Assembly (NCBI GenBank): GCA_022771715.1
Contig: JALELF010000081.1
Coordinates: forward strand, 1 to 43,879
Reading direction: 5' to 3'
From: Bacillota bacterium
Lineage (GTDB): Bacteria; Bacillota_I; Bacilli_A; RF39; UBA660
DNA length: 43,879 bases
Numbering within the stretch: position 1 is the first letter of the stretch; every line of letters begins with the position of its first letter. The notes below the pieces were generated by a model. That model ran no database searches and was not told the origin of the DNA. It worked only from the letters and a program-made list of their open reading frames with translations. A program made the translations under genes and the position numbers. Below are positions 8,216 to 15,721 of the stretch, piece by piece.

Positions 8216-9466
8216 GTGACAGTTTATGAAAATATTTTATTAGATAGTATATATATTATTTCTCCTATTTTAATGTATCTTTTTTTTGTAGCATACAATA
8301 AAAATGTAGATAGAGACGAAAGTGGTATAATTCTAGAAATTTGTTTAATTACATCATGCTATTTTGTTATTAGATTTGGACATACTATGATGTATATAAA
8401 ACCAGTATTATTAGTTAATATACCATTATTAATAGCGTATTATAATAAAAAGTATGCTTCAGTTTTAGTTATATCTTTATATATTATTTTTTATCAACAT
8501 AGTGATTTAAATTTAAATGTAATACTATTATTTGTTGAATACTTTAGTTATATGGTTGTTTATTTTATTATAAAAAAAATAAAAACTGATAAGACTAATG
8601 AAATATTTGCTTTTTTCTATTCATTAATAAATAGCCTTATATTTGTGAGTGACTTTTACAAAACTATGACTTTACAAATGATTACAGTACAAATACTATC
8701 ATTTTTATTAATGCTTTTAATTGTTAAAGTTATTTTAGAAAAGGCAAGAAGAACAATTAAATATCATATGACTGTAAAAGAATTAATAGAAGAAAAACAA
8801 ATAAGAAAATCTTTATTTAAAATAACTCATGAAATAAAAAATCCATTAGCTGTTTGTAAAGGATATCTAGATATGTTTGATGTAAATAATGTAGAACATG
8901 CTAGGAAGTATGTACCTATTTTAAAAGAAGAAATAGATAGAACTCTTATATTATTACAAGATTTTCTTAGTTTTACTAAAATAAAAATAGAAAAAGATAT
9001 ATTAGATATAAATTATTTGTTAGAAGAAGTACTTGATAATTTACATCTTTTATTAAAAGATAAAAACATAGAATTAGAAAGCAATATATTAGATGAAGAA
9101 GTTTATATAGATGGTGACTACAATAGACTATGTCAAGTTATGATTAATTTAATAAAGAATAGTATAGAAGCAATGAAGGATGTTAAATATCCACAGATAA
9201 ATTTAAGTTCAGTTTTAAAAAAAGATTATATTGAAATTGTAGTTGAAGATAATGGTACTGGTATAGAAGAGGAAAATTTAAAAAAAATTTCTGAACCATT
9301 TTTTACTACAAAAAAACATGGTACTGGTTTAGGAGTATCCATGTCTTTTGAAATAATTGCTTCCCATAATGGAACTATTAAATATTTTTCAGAATATGGT
9401 AAAGGTACCAAAGTCGTAATTAATTTACCATTAAATAAAGAGTTTAATAGTAATTGTGCTCATTAG
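8216..9466 (+). CDS. Orphan sensor histidine kinase with polytopic membrane N-terminal domain
   Basis: About 170 aa of TM helices, then H-box ITHEIKNPLAV, N-box NLIKNSIEAM, G1 VEDNGTGI and G2 GTGLGVSMS. No response regulator gene adjacent on either side. GTG start with GGTGA 6 nt upstream. Confidence 0.85.
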   Translation: MTVYENILLDSIYIISPILMYLFFVAYNKNVDRDESGIILEICLITSCYFVIRFGHTMMYIKPVLLVNIPLLIAYYNKKYASVLVISLYIIFYQHSDLNLNVILLFVEYFSYMVVYFIIKKIKTDKTNEIFAFFYSLINSLIFVSDFYKTMTLQMITVQILSFLLMLLIVKVILEKARRTIKYHMTVKELIEEKQIRKSLFKITHEIKNPLAVCKGYLDMFDVNNVEHARKYVPILKEEIDRTLILLQDFLSFTKIKIEKDILDINYLLEEVLDNLHLLLKDKNIELESNILDEEVYIDGDYNRLCQVMINLIKNSIEAMKDVKYPQINLSSVLKKDYIEIVVEDNGTGIEEENLKKISEPFFTTKKHGTGLGVSMSFEIIASHNGTIKYFSEYGKGTKVVINLPLNKEFNSNCAH

Positions 9467-10349
9467 TATCAAGTTTCTTTAATTCTTCATCAGTTACTAA
9501 AAAGAAAGTATAAATAATCATGTCTTCTTTAGTATTAGTTACTGGGTCATCCCAAGTTAAATCTAAATGTAACCATTTATTATTTAATAAAACGTAATTC
9601 CAAACATGCATATCACTAGTTAATTTATAATTAGTGATGTTTAATTTGTTTAAAAATACCGCCATAGCATCACTATAACCACCACATATAGCTTTTCCGT
9701 TAATTAAAGCACCAGTTGCTTTATGAGAAATAAAGTCATATTCTTTAACATTATTCTTTACTTTTTCAGCACTTTCTTCATCGTATTTAGTATTATTTAT
9801 TATATAATCATGAATAACTTTAATTTTTTCACGTTCATTCATGTCATCAGTAATGTATTCATTTATTATTTCATTTACTTTTTCGTTTATCAAAGTAATA
9901 TCATTATTATCATATAATCTTTCAATAGATATTGTAACTTTTCCTAAACTATTATAGTTTAAAACAATTCTTTTATAACTATTAAATGGATGAACATAAT
10001 TATTTATTTTCGTAAAAGTAATACTGTTACTAGCAAGATCTTCAACATCAGCCAAACAGTTTTTATAATTTTTGGTACAAAAAAATGTTACATCGTTCCA
10101 ACCACCATTTAAAGCAGTGAAGAATATATTAGTTATATCTTCTTTTGATTTTGGATAAAAATTATCTGTTGCTTGATAATCTATTGTATTACTTTTAGCA
10201 TACTGATTATTTTCATAAACAACAATCATTTTTTCATTAACATATTTCATTAATATGTAGTCAGTTATATTGTCTTTATAAACACAAGTTAATAATAAAA
10301 GCCCACATAAAAATAAAAAAGATAGAAATTTCTTCACTAGTATCACCAT
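9444..10349 (-). CDS. Secreted transglutaminase-like (Cys-His-Asp) domain protein
   Basis: N-terminal signal/TM FLSFLFLCGLLLLTCV. Transglutaminase-core pattern GKAICGGYSDAMAVFLN ... MHVWNYVLL ... HLDLTWDDP. Confidence 0.72.
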   Translation of the reverse strand: MVILVKKFLSFLFLCGLLLLTCVYKDNITDYILMKYVNEKMIVVYENNQYAKSNTIDYQATDNFYPKSKEDITNIFFTALNGGWNDVTFFCTKNYKNCLADVEDLASNSITFTKINNYVHPFNSYKRIVLNYNSLGKVTISIERLYDNNDITLINEKVNEIINEYITDDMNEREKIKVIHDYIINNTKYDEESAEKVKNNVKEYDFISHKATGALINGKAICGGYSDAMAVFLNKLNITNYKLTSDMHVWNYVLLNNKWLHLDLTWDDPVTNTKEDMIIYTFFLVTDEELKKLDTNEHNYY

Positions 10350-10413
10350 TAATATTATACACTATAAAAGCGAAAAATCATCTAAAATTATTGTAAATAA
10401 CAAATTTGTTTAC

Positions 10414-10438
10414 AAAAAAATACCTATGTAGATAGGTA
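10414..10438 (-). terminator. Intrinsic terminator of rpsT
   Basis: On the minus strand, TACCTAT-CTAC-ATAGGTA is followed by T7. It abuts the rpsT stop codon. Confidence 0.6.
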
Positions 10439-10702
10439 CTATTGAATTTCGTTAACTTTTTTTGTTAGACGTGATTTATTACGAGCAACAAAGTTTTTTT
10501 GTGCAACACCTTTAGCAGCAGCTTTATCGATTCTTTTAATTGCGACTTTTAAAGCTTCATTAGCTTTTTCTTTATCTTTGCTTAATACAGCTCTTTCAAC
10601 ATTTTTGATAGCTGTTTTCATACTAGCTTTGAAATTATTATTGCTTTCTTTTCTTTTAGCTGTAGTTATAACTGCTTTTTTAGCGTTCTTCATATTTGGC
10701 AT
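10439..10702 (-). CDS. rpsT: 30S ribosomal protein S20
   Basis: MPNMKNAKKAVITTAKRKESN..., an 87-aa basic helical protein typical of bS20. SD GGAGGTGAA upstream. Confidence 0.93.
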   Translation of the reverse strand: MPNMKNAKKAVITTAKRKESNNNFKASMKTAIKNVERAVLSKDKEKANEALKVAIKRIDKAAAKGVAQKNFVARNKSRLTKKVNEIQ

Positions 10703-10808
10703 AAATTCACCTCCAACTCACTTACAACTAACATTTTAACAAATTTCTTTATAAAAATCAATAAAAATCTTTATTTTTAAAGGCTTTTTTACGGTTATTA
10801 ACTATTTC

Positions 10809-10837
10809 GAATATAATTTGATTTTTAAATCATTATA
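10809..10837 (+). promoter_or_regulatory. Forespore-type (sigmaG/sigmaF-like) promoter upstream of gpr
   Basis: GAATA (10809-10813), 17-nt spacer, CATTATA (10831-10837). This fits the sigmaG consensus GHATR-17/18-CATXHTA. Caveat: it leaves only a very short leader before the SD at 10842-10847. Confidence 0.4.
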
Positions 10838-10852
10838 AAATAGGTGATATTA

Positions 10853-11875
10853 ATGCATAGAATTGATTTAAAAAATTACGAGATTAGAACAGATTTGGCT
10901 ATAGAAGCAACTTCTAATTTAAATAATATAAAGAAAAATGAAAAAATAATAGACAATATTAAAGTAACGAATATTTATTTAGATAAAAAAACTCATAAAC
11001 TAATAAATAAAAAAATAGGCAATTATACTACTATTGAATTTGATGATATAACTGATTACAACAAAAAAGAAACCGTAAAAAAAGTATTTAGTAGTGAATT
11101 AAGAAAATTATTAAAAAAATTATCAATAAGAGAAGATGATAGTTGTTTAGTAATTGGTCTTGGAAATATATCATCAACTCCTGATGCACTAGGACCACTT
11201 ACTATTCAAAATATCCTTGTTACTAATCATTTATTTGATGTCGCTAATGTTGAAAACGGTTTTAGAAGAGTAGGAGCTATATCGCCAGGAGTAAAAGGGA
11301 GTACCGGTATTGAAACTAGTGATATTATAAAAGGAATTGTAGATAAGGTAAAGCCTAGTTTCGTAATTGTAATAGATGCATTAGCAAGTCAGTCTATAGA
11401 ACGAGTAAATAAAACAATTCAAATGACTGATGCAGGTATTCATCCAGGAAGTGGAATAGGAAATAATCGAAAAGAAATTAGCAAAGAAACTTTAGATATA
11501 CCTGTTATTGCTATTGGGGTTCCAACGGTAGTAGATGCAGTTACTATTGTAAGTGATACAATAAACTACATGCATAAACATTTTACATATATGAAAAATA
11601 ACATTAATAAAACTAACAAATTAATACCTATAAATAAAATAAATTATTTGAAGGAACAAATAGATGTAACTATTGAAGATAAAAAGAATTTGCTTGGAAT
11701 GATTGGTAATTTAAATGAATCAGAAATAAAACAACTTATATATGAGGTGTTAAGCCCAATTGGTTATAATCTAATGGTAACCCCTAAAGAGATAAATTTT
11801 GTTATTGATAAACTGAGTGATGTAATTGGAAATGGTATTAATAGAGCGCTTCATAAAAATGTGAATAATCTCTAA
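10853..11875 (+). CDS. gpr: Germination protease (spore endopeptidase) Gpr
   Basis: N-terminus ...YEIRTDLAIEA, VIGLGNISSTPDALGP and DAGIHPGSGIGN match the GPR family. ATG 10853 is preferred (AGGTGA upstream) over GTG 10844. Adjacent to rpsT, as in Bacillus. Confidence 0.88.
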   Translation: MHRIDLKNYEIRTDLAIEATSNLNNIKKNEKIIDNIKVTNIYLDKKTHKLINKKIGNYTTIEFDDITDYNKKETVKKVFSSELRKLLKKLSIREDDSCLVIGLGNISSTPDALGPLTIQNILVTNHLFDVANVENGFRRVGAISPGVKGSTGIETSDIIKGIVDKVKPSFVIVIDALASQSIERVNKTIQMTDAGIHPGSGIGNNRKEISKETLDIPVIAIGVPTVVDAVTIVSDTINYMHKHFTYMKNNINKTNKLIPINKINYLKEQIDVTIEDKKNLLGMIGNLNESEIKQLIYEVLSPIGYNLMVTPKEINFVIDKLSDVIGNGINRALHKNVNNL

Positions 11876-11939
11876 TTAGTGGTTGCTAAAAAAATAAATA
11901 AATGATAAAATTATATTGTATTCATGAGTAGGTGATATG

Positions 11940-12182
11940 ATGGGTGAAACAAAAATTTTTGATAGTGGCAAATTTGAAGAAGCTTTAATCGAAGACACTG
12001 TTAAAGAAGTGTTTACGATTCTTGGAGATTGTGGGTATAATCCAGTTAATCAAATAGTTGGCTATTTAATAAGCGGAGATCCTGGCTATATTTCTAATCA
12101 CAAAGAAGCTAGAAAAAAATTAACTAAATTTAATCGTAATCAAGTATTAGCTGTAATATTAAAGAAGTTTGTAGAAAAATGA
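11940..12182 (+). CDS. ireB: IreB-family regulatory phosphoprotein (UPF0297/YrzL)
   Basis: GYNPVNQIVGYLISGDPGYISNHKEARKKL is the signature core of the family. Either start, 11937 or 11940, is possible. Confidence 0.85.
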   Translation: MGETKIFDSGKFEEALIEDTVKEVFTILGDCGYNPVNQIVGYLISGDPGYISNHKEARKKLTKFNRNQVLAVILKKFVEK

Positions 12183-12601
12183 GATATTTAGGTTTAGATT
12201 TAGGTACTAGAACATTAGGAGTATCTATAAGTGATGAATCTAAAACATTAGCTAACACTTTAACAACTCTACGTTTTGATGGTAATTATGATAACTTATT
12301 AGAGCCATTAAAAAAAATTGTTAATGATGAAAATGTAGAAAAGATTATTTTAGGTTTACCTATTAATATGAACTATACAATTGGTGATAGAGGAAAAGTA
12401 ACTCTTGAATTCAAAGAAAAATTAGAAAAATATTTAAATATTGAAGTTATTATGCAGGATGAGAGGCTTTCAACAGTAGAAGCTACTAACTACTTATTAC
12501 AAGCTGATATGTCACGCAAAAAAAGAAAGAAGCACGTAGATAGTTTAGCTGCTAATATAATTCTTCAAACATATTTAGATAAAATGAAAGGAATGAAATA
12601 A
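12179..12601 (+). CDS. ruvX: Putative pre-16S rRNA nuclease / Holliday junction resolvase-like RuvX (YqgF)
   Basis: MRYLGLDLGTRTLGVSISD... and DERLSTVEA motifs. ATGA overlap with ireB. Confidence 0.9.
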   Translation: MRYLGLDLGTRTLGVSISDESKTLANTLTTLRFDGNYDNLLEPLKKIVNDENVEKIILGLPINMNYTIGDRGKVTLEFKEKLEKYLNIEVIMQDERLSTVEATNYLLQADMSRKKRKKHVDSLAANIILQTYLDKMKGMK

Positions 12602-12894
12602 TGACAAACGAAAGAATGACTTTTAAAGTTAATGATGAAAATGGTAATGAAATTGAATGTGAAGTATTATTTACATTTGAAAGTGATGAAACTAAGAAAA
12701 ATTATATAGTATATACTGATAATACTACTGATGAAGGTGGAAACACTAAAGTATATGCATCTATTTATACACCAGGAGAAGAAAGTACTACTTTACTTCC
12801 TATTGAAACTGAAAAAGAGTGGAAAATAATTGAAACAATCTTAGAAGAAGTTCAAGCTGAAGCTAAAAAAGCAGTAGAAGGAGATAATGAGTAA
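12601..12894 (+). CDS. DUF1292 family protein (YrzB-like)
   Basis: Acidic 97-aa protein with ECEVLFTFESDETKKNYIVYTD. Conserved position between ruvX and mltG. Confidence 0.82.
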   Translation: MTNERMTFKVNDENGNEIECEVLFTFESDETKKNYIVYTDNTTDEGGNTKVYASIYTPGEESTTLLPIETEKEWKIIETILEEVQAEAKKAVEGDNE

Positions 12895-12913
12895 TAATAC
12901 TCATTTTTAATGT

Positions 12914-13963
12914 ATGAAAAAGATAGTAGTTGGAATTGTCGCATTACTTTTTATTGTAATTGGTGCTTTTTTTACATTGTTTACTCTTGAAACTACTGCT
13001 GTTAGCAGAGATACAACTCCTATCGAGTTTGAGATTAAAAAGGGTGAAACATATTTAACAATCGCTTCTAGATTAAAAGAAGATAATTTAATTAAGTCTG
13101 AATTGTTTTATAAAATTTTTATAAAATTGACTAATCCAAGTAAAATAGAAGCAGGAAAGTATGAACTTTCAGAATCAATGAGTGTATCTGATATTGTAAA
13201 AAAGTTTATGAAAGGTAACATTTATAATGCAGAAACTGTAACATTCACTGTTCCGGAAGGAAAACATTTAGAGGAAGTAGCAACTATTGTTTCTAAACAG
13301 ACTAATTATACTGAAAAAGAATTAATAGATGGCTGGAATGATACTAAATTTATAGATGATGTAATAGAAAAGTATTGGTTTGTTACTGATTCTGTTAAAA
13401 TGGATGGTATTAGATATGCTTTAGAAGGTTATCTATATCCTGATACTTATGAAATTTATGTAAATGCTAGTATAGAAGATATAGCTTATAAAATGTTAGA
13501 TAAAATGGATAAAGTTTTAACTGAATATAAGTCTGATATAGAAAATAGTGAATATAGTGTTCATGAATTACTTACAATGGCTAGTATTATTGAACATGAA
13601 GCTATATTAGATGATGATAGAAAAATAATTGCAAGTGTGTTTTATAATAGGTTAGAATCTAATATGAAGCTTCAAAGTTGTGCAACTATAGGATACGCAA
13701 CTAATGAATGGAAACTTACTTATAGCAGTACTGACTTAAAAGTAGATTCACCTTATAACACTTATTATTATAGTGGTTTACCTGTAGGACCTGGTAATAT
13801 GCCAAGTGTTAAATCTATTGAAGCTGCTTTATATCCAGAAGAAACAGATTATTTGTACTTTTTAGCAAACGTTTGTGATAATAATGATAAAAAAACATAT
13901 TTTTCTAAAACTTATGACGAACATGTTGAAAAGAAAAATAAATATTTAACTTGCGTTAATTAG
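12914..13963 (+). CDS. mltG: Endolytic murein transglycosylase MltG (YceG-like)
   Basis: N-terminal TM, LysM-like segment, TMASIIEHEA, LQSCATIGY and SPYNTYYYSGLPVGPGNMPS. Confidence 0.9.
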   Translation: MKKIVVGIVALLFIVIGAFFTLFTLETTAVSRDTTPIEFEIKKGETYLTIASRLKEDNLIKSELFYKIFIKLTNPSKIEAGKYELSESMSVSDIVKKFMKGNIYNAETVTFTVPEGKHLEEVATIVSKQTNYTEKELIDGWNDTKFIDDVIEKYWFVTDSVKMDGIRYALEGYLYPDTYEIYVNASIEDIAYKMLDKMDKVLTEYKSDIENSEYSVHELLTMASIIEHEAILDDDRKIIASVFYNRLESNMKLQSCATIGYATNEWKLTYSSTDLKVDSPYNTYYYSGLPVGPGNMPSVKSIEAALYPEETDYLYFLANVCDNNDKKTYFSKTYDEHVEKKNKYLTCVN

Positions 13964-13986
13964 GTAGATTTTCTACCTTTTTTGTT
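13962..13986 (+). terminator. Intrinsic terminator after mltG
   Basis: AGGTAGA-TTT-TCTACCT followed by TTTTTGTTT. Confidence 0.7.
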
Positions 13987-14050
13987 TAAAATTAGCAAAA
14001 AAACTATACAATATAATAGTTTTGTGTTATAATCAGTACGTAAGAAGCAG

Positions 14051-14081
14051 ATGAGTGGGACATAATCCCACTCATTTATTT
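14051..14081 (+). promoter_or_regulatory. Leader hairpin / candidate attenuator of the rimP-nusA-infB operon
   Basis: Perfect 10-bp stem ATGAGTGGGA-CATAA-TCCCACTCAT followed by TTATTT. It lies between a TG-extended -10 (TGTTATAAT, 14025-14033) and the rimP SD (14083-14090). Confidence 0.4.
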
Positions 14082-14094
14082 AGAAAGGAATTGT

Positions 14095-14346
14095 ATGGAA
14101 GTAGAAAAAACGGTAAAAAATTTAGTAGAAAATGTAATAATCGACAATGGTTATAAATTGGATGAAGTTAAATATGAAAAAGAAGGAAATATTTATTTCT
14201 TAAGAATTATTATTGATAAAGAACCATATGTTGATGTAGAAGATTGTGTCAAAATAAGTAATTTAATAAATCCTATATTAGATAAAGAAGACCCAATCCC
14301 AGATAGTTATATTTTAGATGTTTGTTCAAAGGAAAGAGGAAATTAG
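14095..14346 (+). CDS. rimP: Ribosome maturation factor RimP, N-terminal domain only (83 aa)
   Basis: Aligns by eye with the first half of Bacillus RimP/YlxS (...GNIYFLRIIIDKE..VDVEDCVKISNLINPILDKEDPIPDSYILDV...). It stops where the SSPG(x)ERPL motif would begin. nusA starts 2 nt later. Confidence 0.7.
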   Translation: MEVEKTVKNLVENVIIDNGYKLDEVKYEKEGNIYFLRIIIDKEPYVDVEDCVKISNLINPILDKEDPIPDSYILDVCSKERGN

Positions 14347-14347
14347 T

Positions 14348-15436
14348 ATGAATGGTAAAGAATTCAAAGAAACATTAAGAATACTTAATAAAGAAAAAGG
14401 AATTAGTGAAGAAACAGTATATGAAGCTATGGAATTAGCTCTTACATCAGCTTATAAAAAACAAACAGGATTACCTAACGTTAGAGTTGACATAGATAGA
14501 GAAACTGGCGATATTCATATGTATTCATTTAAAACAGTTATGAATATCGATGAAGTAGATGAAGATGGCGACTTATTGTTTGATGATAGAGTTAATTTAA
14601 CTTTAGAAGATGCAAGAAAGATTGTTCCAGGTATTAATTATGGCGAAACTATAGAAAAAGAAGTTGATCCAAAAGAATTTGGAAGAGTTGCGGCAGCTAC
14701 TGCTAAACAAGTAGTTATTCAAAAAATGAGAGAAGCAGAAAAAAATATAATTATTGATGAATATCAAGATAAACAAGATGAAATGGTATCAGGAATAGTA
14801 GGTATGGAAGATGCATATAATTATTATATCGATTTTGGAAAAGCACAAGGACTACTTCCTAAATCTGAAATAATACCTGGGGAAACAATAAAAATGGGTT
14901 CTAACTTAAAAGTATATATTACTAAAGTAGAAAGTGGTAGTAAGGGCCCAGTTATTCTTTTATCAAGAAAACATTATGGTTTTGTAAAAAGATTATTTGA
15001 ATTAGAAATTCCTGAAATAACAGATGGTATTATCATGGTATATAGCGTTGCTAGAGACGCCGGAAATAGAACAAAAATAGCTGTTTATTCAGAAAATGAA
15101 AGAGTAGATGCAGTAGGTTCTTGTATTGGTGAAAAAGGAACTAGAATCGCTAATATTTTAAGAGAATTAAATGGCGAAAAAGTTGATATAGTTAAATACG
15201 ACAAAGATCCTGCTAAATTTATAGAAAATGCTTTAGCTCCTGCAAAGGATGTCCATGTATTCATAACTGATGCTAAAAAACAAGAAGCTTTAGTTGTAGT
15301 AAATGATGAAAACTTGTCACTTGCTATTGGTAAAAAAGGCTTAAATGTTAAATTAGCAAGTAAACTAACACATTATAAAATAGATGTTAAAACATTTGAA
15401 CAAGCTAAAGAAATGGGTATCAATATAATAGAATAA
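14348..15436 (+). CDS. nusA: Transcription termination/antitermination factor NusA
   Basis: Typical N-terminal domain, S1 domain and two KH domains (e.g. GSCIGEKGTRIANILRELNGEKVDIV, LAIGKKGLNVKLASKLT). Start ATG 14348 with SD AGGAAAGAGGA. Confidence 0.93.
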   Translation: MNGKEFKETLRILNKEKGISEETVYEAMELALTSAYKKQTGLPNVRVDIDRETGDIHMYSFKTVMNIDEVDEDGDLLFDDRVNLTLEDARKIVPGINYGETIEKEVDPKEFGRVAAATAKQVVIQKMREAEKNIIIDEYQDKQDEMVSGIVGMEDAYNYYIDFGKAQGLLPKSEIIPGETIKMGSNLKVYITKVESGSKGPVILLSRKHYGFVKRLFELEIPEITDGIIMVYSVARDAGNRTKIAVYSENERVDAVGSCIGEKGTRIANILRELNGEKVDIVKYDKDPAKFIENALAPAKDVHVFITDAKKQEALVVVNDENLSLAIGKKGLNVKLASKLTHYKIDVKTFEQAKEMGINIIE

Positions 15437-15450
15437 GAAAGGAGTATAAA

Positions 15451-15720
15451 ATGAAACAAAAAAAAATACCAATGCGTACTTGCGTTGTTACTAAAGAAAA
15501 GTATCCTAAAATGGAACTAATTAGAATTGTTAGAACTCCTTCGAATGAAATTGTAATTGATTTAAAAGGTAAGACTAATGGTAGAGGTGCTTATTTAAAA
15601 AAAGATAAAGCTGTTTTTGAAAAAGCTAAAAAAACAAAAATATTAAATAAATATTTAGAAGTAGAAATACCTGATGAAATATTTATAGAATTAAATAATT
15701 TATTAGAAAGAGGTGAATAA
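15451..15720 (+). CDS. ylxR: YlxR/RnpM family RNA-binding protein (DUF448)
   Basis: PMRTCVVTKEKYPKMELIRIV ... GRGAYL. Conserved position between nusA and infB. Confidence 0.88.
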   Translation: MKQKKIPMRTCVVTKEKYPKMELIRIVRTPSNEIVIDLKGKTNGRGAYLKKDKAVFEKAKKTKILNKYLEVEIPDEIFIELNNLLERGE

Positions 15721-15721
15721 T

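Noticed and set aside
9226-9917. ORFs 9226-9411 (-) and 9723-9917 (+)
   Set aside because: They are antisense to and nested within the kinase and transglutaminase-like genes. The peptides are hydrophobic and AT-rich, typical of chance ORFs.
12888-12908. Hairpin TGAGTA-ATAA-TACTCA plus T5 between the DUF1292 gene and mltG as a full terminator
   Set aside because: It is a short 6-bp AT-rich stem overlapping the stop codon inside a conserved operon. At most it is a partial attenuator, which is not enough support to call it a feature.
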